From the sequence record SRR22947725_3392: a DNA stretch of 40,543 nt; one strand, 5' to 3'. A program made the translations under genes and the position numbers. Position 1 is the stretch's first letter; each line of letters begins with the position of its first letter. This document shows positions 29,559-38,753 of the stretch, piece by piece. The notes below the pieces were generated by a model that made no database searches, was not told where the DNA came from, and saw only the letters and a program-made list of their open reading frames with translations.

Positions 29559-30752
29559 CTACTTTCCTCCTGTGAAGTGAGGGTTTTCCCAGAGGACACT
29601 TCCGCCCTGACCAAGACCCACACACATCGCGGTCAATCCGTACTGGACCTCCGGGCGAGTCTCAAATTGGCGGGCGAGTTGAATCATCAATCTCACTCCC
29701 GAAGCAGCCAGCGGGTGCCCCAAGGCAATCGCCCCACCCCACGGGTTGACCCGGGGGTCATCGTCGGCGATGCCGTAGTGATCAAGAAAGCTCAGCACCT
29801 GAACGGCAAATGCTTCGTTGAGTTCGAAGAGTCCAACATCTTCGATGCTGAGGCCGGCCTTATCCAGCGCTTTTTGGGTGGAGGGAATGGGTCCCAAGCC
29901 CATGACCTCGGGTTCAACGCCGGCAAACCCAAACGAAACCATGGTCATCTTTGCGCCAAGACCCAGTTTCTGTGCGGTGGTTTGCGAGGCCAGCGCGGCC
30001 ACGGTGGCACCATCGGTCAGCGGGGAGGCGTTGCCCGCGGTCACTTTGCCATGCGGGCGAAACGGAGTGCGAAGCTCGGCCAGACCCGCCATGGTGGTCG
30101 AGGGTCGACGACCCTCGTCCTCGGTCGCAAGCCCGTATCCTTCATCGCTGCGCAGCGCCACCGGTATCAGGTCCCCTTGGATGTGTCCCGCCTGATAGGC
30201 GGCTTCTACTTTGAGCTGAGAGGCCAACCCGAAAGCGTCGGCGCGCTCCTTGGTGAGATGCGGAAAGCGATCATGAAGGCGCTCCGCGGTGATACCCATG
30301 TTGAGGGCATCGGGGCTCACAAGCTTCTCTGAGAGAAAACGGGGGTTCGGGTCCACATCGGCCCCGAGGGGGTGGCGTCCCATGTGCTCTACGCCACCGG
30401 CTATGCCAATGTCGTACGCGCCGATACCGATAGCGCTGCCGATCGTGGTGACAGCTGTCATCGCCCCCGCACACATTCGATCGAGCGCATAGCCGGGAAC
30501 ACTCTGCGGCAGTCCGGCAAGAATGGCGGCGGTGCGACCCAGGGTGAGACCCTGATCGCCCTCCTGCGTGGTGGCTGCAATGGCAACATCATCGATGGCC
30601 TCGGGCGGAATGTTGGGGTTGCGCTCCAGAAGGCCAATCAGCGCCGAGACGACCATGTCATCAGCGCGTGTGCGCCAATACATTCCTTTTTCTCCGGCTC
30701 GCCCGAAGGGAGTTCTGACCCCATCAACGAAAACGACTCGATCTGGTTGCAT
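29559..30752 (-). CDS. fadA: Acetyl-CoA acyltransferase (thiolase)
   Basis: RTPFG, RMCAGA, NEAF, GHPLAASG, MCVGLGQG; stop directly abuts the fadB start. Confidence 0.93.
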   Translation of the reverse strand: MQPDRVVFVDGVRTPFGRAGEKGMYWRTRADDMVVSALIGLLERNPNIPPEAIDDVAIAATTQEGDQGLTLGRTAAILAGLPQSVPGYALDRMCAGAMTAVTTIGSAIGIGAYDIGIAGGVEHMGRHPLGADVDPNPRFLSEKLVSPDALNMGITAERLHDRFPHLTKERADAFGLASQLKVEAAYQAGHIQGDLIPVALRSDEGYGLATEDEGRRPSTTMAGLAELRTPFRPHGKVTAGNASPLTDGATVAALASQTTAQKLGLGAKMTMVSFGFAGVEPEVMGLGPIPSTQKALDKAGLSIEDVGLFELNEAFAVQVLSFLDHYGIADDDPRVNPWGGAIALGHPLAASGVRLMIQLARQFETRPEVQYGLTAMCVGLGQGGSVLWENPHFTGGK

Positions 30753-30851
30753 GACATGCCTCTCGACGGTGTCCTCCCATGCTAGAGAAAACCAGCCACC
30801 CGTGGGGGCGACGTTGGCTCGGACACAAATGCCCGCGCGACGACAACGGCT

Positions 30852-32069
30852 CTATTGGGGTTCAGAGACAAAGGCCTCCAGCAACAGGGGGACCATCAGT
30901 GTGCGCTGCCACGATCGGGCGCCAAGCTCACCCAGGTGCTCGGCCAGTGTGGCCTCGGTAAGAGGGGCAGGTGGCTCCCAACAGACCCGGCGCAGGTGAT
31001 CGGGGGTCAGCAGGTTTTCGCCAGGGATTCCTGTCTCGCCAGACAGGGCTTCGATGCCTTTCCTGGCAGCGATCAAGCGCTCTGCAGCGACAGGGTTCTT
31101 GTCGGCCCAGATGCGGGGTGGTGGCGGCCCGTCCGAGGCCATTCGAGCGGGGGGAAGATCTTCGGCGGCGCGTCCTGCCTCGATGGCAGCCCACCACCGG
31201 GGCAGTTCAGATCGGGACGCGCGGCCATGGAAGGCTTTCAGTGATGCCAACTCACGCTGGGAGGAAGGATTGGCCAAGACGGCGGCGACAAGAGATCGGT
31301 CGGGCACGAGCCGGCCGGGAGCGCGGTCGATCTCGCTGGCGTAGGAGTCCCGTGCTTCCCACAGCGCCTTCGCAATGGCGAGTGAGCGTCCGCCTTTCAC
31401 CTGGTGGAGCCCAGAAAGCCTTCGCCACGGTTGCTCTCTGGGCGCTGGTGCGGGGGCTTCCAGGGCTGCGACAAACTCTTCCTGCGCGATGGCTTCGAGA
31501 TCTTTTTCCTCGAGAAGGCCGTGCAAAATATCCCGCAGATCGGGGAGTAATTCGACATCGAGCGCCGCGTAGGTGAGCCAAGGAGCGGGCAAAGGTCTGG
31601 TGGACCAATCTGCCGCGGAATGCTCTTTGGCGAGCGCTAGTCCCATCAGATCCTCAACGGCCCCCTGCAACCCGACTCGCTCAAGTCCGACCAGTCGGCC
31701 CACCAGCTCGGTATCAAAGAGTCTCGTAGGGTTGACTCCCACTTCTCGAAGACAGGGGAGGTCCTGGTGGGCGGCGTGAATGATCCACTCGAGGTGGGCA
31801 AACTCTCGGGTCAACTCAGAAAGGTCAGAAACGGCGATGGGATCAACAAGGTAATTTGCTGACCCCCTGCGGTACAGCTGGACGAGGTAGGCCCGTTGCG
31901 AATACCGAAACCCGCTGGCACGTTCGGCATCGACGGCGAGAGGTCCTTCGCCAGCGGCAAGATCATCGCGGGCTGCCTGCCATTGCTCCTGGGTTTCCAC
32001 CAGAACAATGGGGGCCTTGAGGTGTGCTGTTGGAAGTTCAACAACAACGGCGTCGTCGCCGTCGGTCAT
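30852..32069 (-). CDS. rnd: Ribonuclease D (DEDDy exonuclease + HRDC)
   Basis: VDAERASG, HAAHQDL, FDTEL, DWSTRPL, YAALDV, HRDC region; start ATG 32069 overlaps the DUF3000 stop (ATGA). Confidence 0.9.
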   Translation of the reverse strand: MTDGDDAVVVELPTAHLKAPIVLVETQEQWQAARDDLAAGEGPLAVDAERASGFRYSQRAYLVQLYRRGSANYLVDPIAVSDLSELTREFAHLEWIIHAAHQDLPCLREVGVNPTRLFDTELVGRLVGLERVGLQGAVEDLMGLALAKEHSAADWSTRPLPAPWLTYAALDVELLPDLRDILHGLLEEKDLEAIAQEEFVAALEAPAPAPREQPWRRLSGLHQVKGGRSLAIAKALWEARDSYASEIDRAPGRLVPDRSLVAAVLANPSSQRELASLKAFHGRASRSELPRWWAAIEAGRAAEDLPPARMASDGPPPPRIWADKNPVAAERLIAARKGIEALSGETGIPGENLLTPDHLRRVCWEPPAPLTEATLAEHLGELGARSWQRTLMVPLLLEAFVSEPQ

Positions 32070-32659
32070 ACCTGAAAGCGACCAGGGGATAAGGGTGAAA
32101 CTCCCTCGGGTGTGGGCGGGAACCCAGCGAGCATGCACACAAACTCGCTCCAGGCTTCAAGGTGGGGAGAAAGGGCACTCGACGTGGGACTCCAGGAGGC
32201 ACGGACTTCGACTTGGGCTCCTGCGCCTTCAGAAGCTAAGTCACCGAAACCGGTAGAGAGAACCGTCGTTGTTGTTCCGGCGGAACGAACATATTCAGCA
32301 CCTCGGGTGTTGAGGGCGTCGATCAGCCAGGACCACGCGACGTCAGGAAGGAATTGGTCCGCACCCATATCTTGGTCGATCGGTGCTTGAGCAAAAACCA
32401 CCATCCGGTAGACCGAACTCCAGGATTCTGGTCTGCTGGGGTCACACAAAAAGACGAGGCGACCGGTGCCGTATTCGTTGTCGTCGGTGGTGGAGGTGGG
32501 TTCCACATCCGCTGCCCAAGCCTTTTGGAAGGGCGCAAGCCCTTGAGGGGCGGCGGTTTCGAATACCCGAAGCTCAGACCGAAATCCTGCTAACGCAGCC
32601 TGCTCCAGTGCGTCCCGAAATTCTGCAGGAGCGTCGGGGGGAACCTCAGTTGTGTTCAC
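32066..32659 (-). CDS. DUF3000 family protein
   Basis: AP..LAPF, GTGRLV, VAWSWL.DAL, EVRASWSP; upstream of rnd. Confidence 0.88.
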   Translation of the reverse strand: MNTTEVPPDAPAEFRDALEQAALAGFRSELRVFETAAPQGLAPFQKAWAADVEPTSTTDDNEYGTGRLVFLCDPSRPESWSSVYRMVVFAQAPIDQDMGADQFLPDVAWSWLIDALNTRGAEYVRSAGTTTTVLSTGFGDLASEGAGAQVEVRASWSPTSSALSPHLEAWSEFVCMLAGFPPTPEGVSPLSPGRFQV

Positions 32660-32692
32660 TATTCAACGATAGAGGCGTGGCGGGCAGGATTC

Positions 32693-33409
32693 TCAGGGCG
32701 CGCCGCGGACAGCCCGGTGGTGGTAATACAACATCCGGGCCTCATCGGTATAGAGAGCGGAGAGATTCCAGGAGGTTTCACCCACCGGCCACCACGACGG
32801 AAGGCCTTCGCGGTCACTCACCGGTGGTGGGCTCACCGCCAGCCACAGGTCATCGCACAGGGGTGCAAATTGCTTCCAGACGTTGCGTCCACCCTCCATC
32901 AGGAGGCCACCGCCACCGACCGTCCCTCTGATGAGCGCGGCAAGCTTCTCCGGGGTAAGCCCAGGTTCCATCACGATCACCTGAGCGGTATCAGAGTCCC
33001 CAGAGGCCACCAGCCCGGCCTCTGGGGAGGTTGTCATCACGATGACCCTGCCCGCGGCATCGGTTGGCCTCACCAGGTTGTCCCAGGCAATGTTGCCGGT
33101 GTGGGAAAGAATCACCAATGCTGCCCGCTGAGGAATGGGGATCCGCTCGTGGCGGAGTGTTGTGGCGCCCAGCACGACGGCATCAGCGTGGGAGCGGAGC
33201 ACACCCAATAGTGTTCGGTCGGCGCCGCGGCTGAGTGAGTTACTGGTGCCATCTTTGCCCGTTGTAGCGCCGTGGGAATTTGTTACCATCGTTGCTCGCA
33301 TCCACGTCGCCTGGGCGGGAGAGAGAAGCTCTCGAACCCTGTCAAGCTCGACCGGATCATCGAGGGAAAAACTCCGCCCCGGCAGGGGGGTGAGCTGGTG
33401 GAGCATCAC
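32693..33409 (-). CDS. RibD C-terminal / dihydrofolate reductase-like pyrimidine reductase family protein
   Basis: RATMV...G, LS..ADR, LRSHADAVVLGATTLRHE, LMEGG motifs. Confidence 0.8.
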   Translation of the reverse strand: MMLHQLTPLPGRSFSLDDPVELDRVRELLSPAQATWMRATMVTNSHGATTGKDGTSNSLSRGADRTLLGVLRSHADAVVLGATTLRHERIPIPQRAALVILSHTGNIAWDNLVRPTDAAGRVIVMTTSPEAGLVASGDSDTAQVIVMEPGLTPEKLAALIRGTVGGGGLLMEGGRNVWKQFAPLCDDLWLAVSPPPVSDREGLPSWWPVGETSWNLSALYTDEARMLYYHHRAVRGAP

Positions 33410-33837
33410 AGCGAGGTGGAACTTTCGACCTGTCGCTTTATCCGCCAGAGCATTCCCGACATTCCTCTCAAGCGAAGCATGCTGACCGCGTTTTGAAGGC
33501 CCAACTGCAGCGGGAAATCCGGGGGTGTGTCAAGAATTTGCTGCCTGGTCATCCCCTTTAGCCCGTGAACCAGGATGGACGCGAAACCCCGGGTGGTCGG
33601 GGCCTCCGGTGGCGCCGTTGCTAACACTGTCACCTCGTCACCCGTGGAGAGGACAGATATGAACACGGGGGACTGGCATTCCTCTACTTTCTCCCAGTGC
33701 CCTTCTTCCACGGTTCCCTCCGGGACTTCGGGAAGATTGTCAGAGTACTCGAGCAACAGCTGGAGGCGGTCCGGGATGTCCAGCGCGAGGAAATCGTCAC
33801 GGATGCTCGCCAACCCCTCTGGCAGAGAAGGGGACAC
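33406..33837 (-). CDS. sufE: SufE family Fe-S/sulfur acceptor protein
   Basis: RLQLLLE, ECQSPVF, EAPTTRGFA, SMLRLRG; start set at GTG 33837, just after the sseA stop. Confidence 0.88.
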   Translation of the reverse strand: MSPSLPEGLASIRDDFLALDIPDRLQLLLEYSDNLPEVPEGTVEEGHWEKVEECQSPVFISVLSTGDEVTVLATAPPEAPTTRGFASILVHGLKGMTRQQILDTPPDFPLQLGLQNAVSMLRLRGMSGMLWRIKRQVESSTSL

Positions 33838-33841
33838 GGTA

Positions 33842-34735
33842 CTAGGACACTTCCCCGGGCTGGTCACCGGTGTGGATGGGGACTCGAACTGCTGAACCCC
33901 ATTCGGTCCACGAGCCGTCGTAATTCTTTACCGATTCAAAACCGAGCAGGTATTTCATCACGAACCAGGTGTGACTGGAGCGTTCACCAATTCGGCAGTA
34001 GGTAATCACCTCGGCCCCAGGGTCAAATCCCTGCTGGGCGATGTAGAGCTCTGCGAGATCCTCGGCGCTCTTGAAGGTGCCATCCTCTTTTGCGGCCCGA
34101 GCCCAAGGAATGCTCCGCGCCGTGGGAATGTGGCCGCCGCGCAGCGCACCCTCTTCCGGGTAGGCGGGCATATGTGTTCTTTCCCCAGAATATTCTTCGG
34201 GGCTGCGAACATCGATGAGTGGTTTGCCCAGGTGCGAGAGGACGTCCTCTTTGAACGCCCGGATTTCTCCGTCGTGGCGCTCGATGACGGGATAGTCGGT
34301 GGGCTTTTCTGCGGGAATCTCCCGGGTTAGTTCGCGCCCCTCCAAAATCCACGCGTCGCGCCCACCATTGAGCAGGCGGACGTCGGGGTGGCCAAAGAGG
34401 GTGAAAACCCAGAGTGCATAAGCTGCCCACCAGTTGCTCTTGTCGCCATAGATGACGACGGTGTCCTCACGAGAAATTCCCTTGCGTTCCATCAGGGCGG
34501 AAAAGCCCTCACCGTCCACATAGTCGCGAATCACAGGATCGTTGAGCTCCGTATGCCAGTCGATTTTGATGGCGCCAGTAATGTGACCTGTGTCGTACAG
34601 CAGGATGTCTTCGTTGGATTCGATAACCCGCAACCTGGAGGTGCCGAGGTTGTCCTCCAGCCAATCCGTGGTGACAAGTCGTTCTGGGTGGGCGTAACCA
34701 GAAAGCTGGGGGGAAGAGTCCGGGGGAATGGTCAC
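33842..34735 (-). CDS. sseA: Thiosulfate sulfurtransferase (tandem rhodanese, SseA-type)
   Basis: [25 protein letters not shown], active-site [22 protein letters not shown]. Confidence 0.92.
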   Translation of the reverse strand: MTIPPDSSPQLSGYAHPERLVTTDWLEDNLGTSRLRVIESNEDILLYDTGHITGAIKIDWHTELNDPVIRDYVDGEGFSALMERKGISREDTVVIYGDKSNWWAAYALWVFTLFGHPDVRLLNGGRDAWILEGRELTREIPAEKPTDYPVIERHDGEIRAFKEDVLSHLGKPLIDVRSPEEYSGERTHMPAYPEEGALRGGHIPTARSIPWARAAKEDGTFKSAEDLAELYIAQQGFDPGAEVITYCRIGERSSHTWFVMKYLLGFESVKNYDGSWTEWGSAVRVPIHTGDQPGEVS

Positions 34736-34841
34736 GAGTACTCCTTGGCTTGGGGTGGCTCACCGGCGGAGCCCGATACGCTAGGACCTATCCTGCCAGG
34801 GCCCCCTGAATGGTATCGGGGAATGTGACGAAGCGAGTCTG

Positions 34842-35906
34842 ATGGTAAAGCCTGCTCCCAAGGCTCGCGCGCGCGTGAGCCTCTGTGAGATTCACCCAGT
34901 GATGTCGATTGAGGCGATGCTCGCCCATTTCGTGCCACCGGAGCAATTCGAGGCAGCGCGGCTGGAGAACTATGTCCCCGACCCGCTCTTCCCCAGTCAG
35001 GACCTCGCCCGCTCGCGTGCGGAAGCTTTTGTGAAGGGAGGGGGACCCAAAGCCACAAAGCGGTGGGGCGGCCAAGCAAAGTCAACGGTGCAGCCGGGTA
35101 TCTATCTCGATGGTGGCTTTGGTGTGGGCAAAACCCACCTCCTGGCGGCCATGTGGCACCTTATGCCTGGGCGGACCTATTACGGCACCTTTATTGAATT
35201 CACCGCACTGGTGGGGGCTTTGGGATACCGGGGGGCTGTTGACCACCTCAAGGGTGCTTCCTTCCTCGCTATTGACGAGTTTGAACTGGATGATCCAGGA
35301 GACACTATGGTGATGTCAAGGCTGCTGGGAGAGCTGGTAGCGACGGGCACGCGGGTGGCGGCGACGTCCAATACTCCCCCCGCCGCGCTCGGGGAAGGGC
35401 GATTCGCTGCCGAGGACTTCCTGCGCGAAATTACCGCCCTGGCAGAGAAATTTGACACCATTCGTATTGATGGCGAGGACTATCGAAAGCGAGACTTCGA
35501 GGGTCACGCGGTGGTGACTTCCGCCGGGGAGTGGGAGGAAACTGTGGCTGAGATCGCGGGGACTGTTGCTGTCGACAGATTCAGCGAAGTCGTGGCCCAC
35601 CTCGCCACCATTCACCCCAGTCGATTCGTTGGTCTCGTCGAAAAAGTCGACACGGTCGGGTGGGAAGGCGTCTACCAGCTTCACAATCAAGCCGAGGCAC
35701 TGCGTCTGGTTGCCCTTGTTGACAGGCTGTATGACGCTCGGGTCGGGATTGTGAACTCTGGAATTCCCTTGGACGAGGTATTCGACGACACGATGCTCTC
35801 GGGCGGTTACCGAAAGAAATATCTTCGTGCTACCTCGAGGATGATCGCTCTGACCCGGCTGGCGAGCGAACCTGAGGGGCCAGGAGAAAGCTCTGTTCTA
35901 GACTGA
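34842..35906 (+). CDS. zapE: Cell division ATPase ZapE (AFG1 family)
   Basis: Walker A GGFGVGKT, Walker B AIDEFE, ATSN, DYR, LVDRLYD; the true start may be GTG 34875. Confidence 0.92.
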   Translation: MVKPAPKARARVSLCEIHPVMSIEAMLAHFVPPEQFEAARLENYVPDPLFPSQDLARSRAEAFVKGGGPKATKRWGGQAKSTVQPGIYLDGGFGVGKTHLLAAMWHLMPGRTYYGTFIEFTALVGALGYRGAVDHLKGASFLAIDEFELDDPGDTMVMSRLLGELVATGTRVAATSNTPPAALGEGRFAAEDFLREITALAEKFDTIRIDGEDYRKRDFEGHAVVTSAGEWEETVAEIAGTVAVDRFSEVVAHLATIHPSRFVGLVEKVDTVGWEGVYQLHNQAEALRLVALVDRLYDARVGIVNSGIPLDEVFDDTMLSGGYRKKYLRATSRMIALTRLASEPEGPGESSVLD

Positions 35907-35931
35907 AGTCATCTCGACAGACAGGGTCTTA

Positions 35932-37296
35932 ATGACACAGAATGCTGAACCATCTGGTTCTCTGGCTCAATCAAAATATCGCGAAGCGTTATGGATTGAG
36001 CGGATTCTTCGCCAGGAAACCATTGGTGGACTTATCATCGTGGGCGCCGCCGTCATTGCTGTCGTTTTAGCCAACTCCGCCTGGAGCGATGATTACTTTG
36101 GGTTCCGGGAAACGTATCTGTCTTTCGCTTTTGGAGATTTTGCCTGGAAGATCAGCGTGGGGCACCTCACCGCCGACGGGCTGTTAGCGATTTTCTTCTT
36201 TTTGGTCGGGCTTGAGCTCAAAAGGGAGTTTGTCTCCGGGGAACTTCGTGACCCCCGAAAGGCCCTGGTGCCTGTCGTGGCGGCGATTGGTGGGGTATTG
36301 GTCCCCGCTGGTATTTACCTCTACATCGTGAATTCGATGGGCGAGCTTGACGCGGCTCGCGGGTGGGCCATCCCGATCGCGACCGATATTGCTTTTGCTT
36401 TGGCGGTTCTGGCGCTAGTGGGGACGTGGTTGCCTCTTGCCCTTCGCACCTTCCTTTTGACCCTCGCGGTCGTTGATGACCTCATTGGAATCACCATCAT
36501 CGCGTTGGTGTATACCGATGAGGTGGTTCTGGCGAATCTTGGTTTATCTCTGGTTTTCATCCTCGCTTATGGCGTTTTGGCTCAGCGATACAGCGAGCTT
36601 TTTCACCTAAGACCCGGCGCCGCCTGGGTTATTCTGACCCCCTTGGGGCTGGTGGCGTGGTTCTTTATGTATGGCTCAGGCGTTCACGCGACCATTGCCG
36701 GCGTGCTGCTGGCGATGACGGTGCCGGTCCTTCGCCCGAAAAAAGACCGCCTGGCGAACCCGAACTCCACCGAGGAAGGGCTGGCCGAGGTCTTTGAACA
36801 TCGTTTCCGTCCGATGTCGGCCGGTATTGCTGTGCCCCTCTTTGCTTTCTTTGCGGCTGGGGTAAGCCTGGGAAACGACGAGCAGAGCTTCTGGTACCTC
36901 CTCACCCAGCCTGTCTCACTTGCCGTGATAGCGGCCCTCGTGGTCGGCAAGCCCCTTGGTGTCGTGGTGGCAACCTGGTTGATTACGCGCCTGCCTGGCG
37001 TCTCCATGCCAAAGGGGATGGCCTGGATTGACCTGCTGGGTGTGGCCTTATTGGCTGGTATCGGTTTCACCGTCTCTTTGCTGATTGGTGAATTAAGTTT
37101 CGGGGTTGAAAATATCCTGGGGGATGAAGCGAAGATTGGAATTTTGTTTGGATCGGTCCTAGCAGCAATGTTTGCCGCGTTGGTTCTGGGAAGCCGAAAC
37201 CGGCACTACCGGGCCGTGCGCGCACGGGAAGAAAAAGATCTCGACCGCGATGGTATTCCCGATGTTTTGCAGGACGCGGAGGAAACCCAGTCGTAA
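35932..37296 (+). CDS. nhaA: Na+/H+ antiporter NhaA
   Basis: FFFLVGLELKRE, GWAIPIATDIAFA, LAVVDDL, SGVHATIAG, GKPLG, GIGFTVSL. Confidence 0.95.
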   Translation: MTQNAEPSGSLAQSKYREALWIERILRQETIGGLIIVGAAVIAVVLANSAWSDDYFGFRETYLSFAFGDFAWKISVGHLTADGLLAIFFFLVGLELKREFVSGELRDPRKALVPVVAAIGGVLVPAGIYLYIVNSMGELDAARGWAIPIATDIAFALAVLALVGTWLPLALRTFLLTLAVVDDLIGITIIALVYTDEVVLANLGLSLVFILAYGVLAQRYSELFHLRPGAAWVILTPLGLVAWFFMYGSGVHATIAGVLLAMTVPVLRPKKDRLANPNSTEEGLAEVFEHRFRPMSAGIAVPLFAFFAAGVSLGNDEQSFWYLLTQPVSLAVIAALVVGKPLGVVVATWLITRLPGVSMPKGMAWIDLLGVALLAGIGFTVSLLIGELSFGVENILGDEAKIGILFGSVLAAMFAALVLGSRNRHYRAVRAREEKDLDRDGIPDVLQDAEETQS

Positions 37297-37300
37297 CACA

Positions 37301-37327
37301 AAGACTGTTTTGATACACCCCTGAAAC
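37301..37327 (+). promoter_or_regulatory. GlnR-type box upstream of amtB
   Basis: AAGAC-n6-GATAC-n6-GAAAC (AC every 11 bp), plus GTAAC at 37293-37297; candidate -10 CACACT at 37360-37365. Confidence 0.7.
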
Positions 37328-37417
37328 ATTTCTGCCCCTTCCAGGTAATCCTGCCTCGACACACTGAGGATGTTCATCGCACCTGCGATGAGAAGTGACT
37401 GACCTCAGGGGGAAGAA

Positions 37418-38638
37418 ATGGATTCAGGCCAATTAGCGTGGGGTATTACCGCCACGGCGTTGGTGTTGCTCATGACACCAGGACTCGCGTTCTTTTACGG
37501 CGGGCTGGTAAAAGCCAAGAGCGTGATCAGCATGATGATGATGAGCTTTGGCGCACTCGCGCTCGTTGGGACGCTCTGGGTGCTTTATGGCTACGGGATG
37601 ACCGCGGTCGATGGTCCCGGACAATTTTCCGGGAACCCCTTTTCCAGCTTCGGTTTAGCAGGTCTGGAAAACGAAGACCTTTTGGGTGCCGCGTTTGGTG
37701 CGACATTCGCCATCATCACGGTGGCCCTGATTTCCGGCGCTATTGCTGACCGGGCCAAGTTCGGTTCGTGGATGGTTTTCGCCGGCGTGTGGGTAACACT
37801 CGTCTACTTCCCGGTTGCTGCCTGGGTGTGGGGCGGCGGTTGGGTCATGGAGCTAGGGAACCTACTCGGTGACTACCCGAGCGTGATTGATTACGCGGGT
37901 GGAACTGCGGTTCACATCAACGCTGGGGCTGCTGCGTTGGCGTTGGCGGTGGTTCTGGGTCGACGGGTTGTTTTCAGCAAGGGCGCTCATAAGCCACACA
38001 ACGTTCCCCTGGTTCTGCTGGGTGCAGCACTGCTGTGGTTTGGGTGGTTCGGCTTCAACGCGGGAGCCGAGTTCCTTGCAGAGGGCATGCCCGGCGTTGG
38101 TCTCATCGTTGTCAACACTTTGGGCGCCACGTCCGCAGCAATTCTTGGCTGGATGATTATCGAGAAGCTGAAGGATGGAAAAGCCACGGCCGTGGGCGCT
38201 GCTTCGGGCGCCGTCACCGGTCTGGTGGCCATCACTCCGGCGTGCGCAAACTTGACTCCAGGGTTTGCGCTGCTCTTGGGTGTCGTTGCCGGAGTGATTT
38301 CTGCACTTGCAGTCGACCTGAAGTTCAAGTTCGGCTATGACGACTCACTCGATGTAGTGGGTATCCACTTGGTCGCGGGGTTGGTGGGAACCCTTTACCT
38401 CGGGTTCTTTGCCATCGACACCGGGCTCTTCACAGGTGGAGACTTCGGTCAGCTCACGGTGCAGGCAATTGCCGCGGTGGGAATCATGGTCTACTCCTTC
38501 GTTGTCGCGCTGGTCCTTGGGTTCGCCATCGAGAAGACACTGGGCTTCCGGGTCACCAGCGAAGACGAGGTAGCAGGGATCGATACCGCCGTTCACGGTG
38601 AAGAGGGCTACCAGTTGGAAGAAGACGCTCGAGTCTAG
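37418..38638 (+). CDS. amtB: Ammonium transporter
   Basis: LMTPGLAFFYGG, DYAGGTAVH, LWFGWFGFNAG, GLVAITP, DDSLDVVGIH (twin His); AGGGGG SD. Confidence 0.96.
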   Translation: MDSGQLAWGITATALVLLMTPGLAFFYGGLVKAKSVISMMMMSFGALALVGTLWVLYGYGMTAVDGPGQFSGNPFSSFGLAGLENEDLLGAAFGATFAIITVALISGAIADRAKFGSWMVFAGVWVTLVYFPVAAWVWGGGWVMELGNLLGDYPSVIDYAGGTAVHINAGAAALALAVVLGRRVVFSKGAHKPHNVPLVLLGAALLWFGWFGFNAGAEFLAEGMPGVGLIVVNTLGATSAAILGWMIIEKLKDGKATAVGAASGAVTGLVAITPACANLTPGFALLLGVVAGVISALAVDLKFKFGYDDSLDVVGIHLVAGLVGTLYLGFFAIDTGLFTGGDFGQLTVQAIAAVGIMVYSFVVALVLGFAIEKTLGFRVTSEDEVAGIDTAVHGEEGYQLEEDARV

Positions 38639-38645
38639 AACGAGA

Positions 38646-38682
38646 CAGAAGGGGTGGGACCAGTGTGGTCCCACCCCTTCTG
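38646..38682 (+). terminator. Perfect 17-bp stem hairpin after amtB (likely terminator)
   Basis: CAGAAGGGGTGGGACCA-gtg-TGGTCCCACCCCTTCTG, beginning 8 nt after the stop; no clear U-tract. Confidence 0.8.
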
Positions 38683-38753
38683 CATGCCAGCACGCGAAGG
38701 ATTTCTCGCCGGTAGGGAGAGAGGGAGACCTGGCCGCGACATAGACTGACGCG

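Noticed and set aside
28200-30332. Long plus-strand ORFs (418 aa, 285 aa), and similar ones at 5020-5913 and 11410-12390
   Set aside because: Antisense open frames expected from high-GC codon bias; no motifs or start signals.
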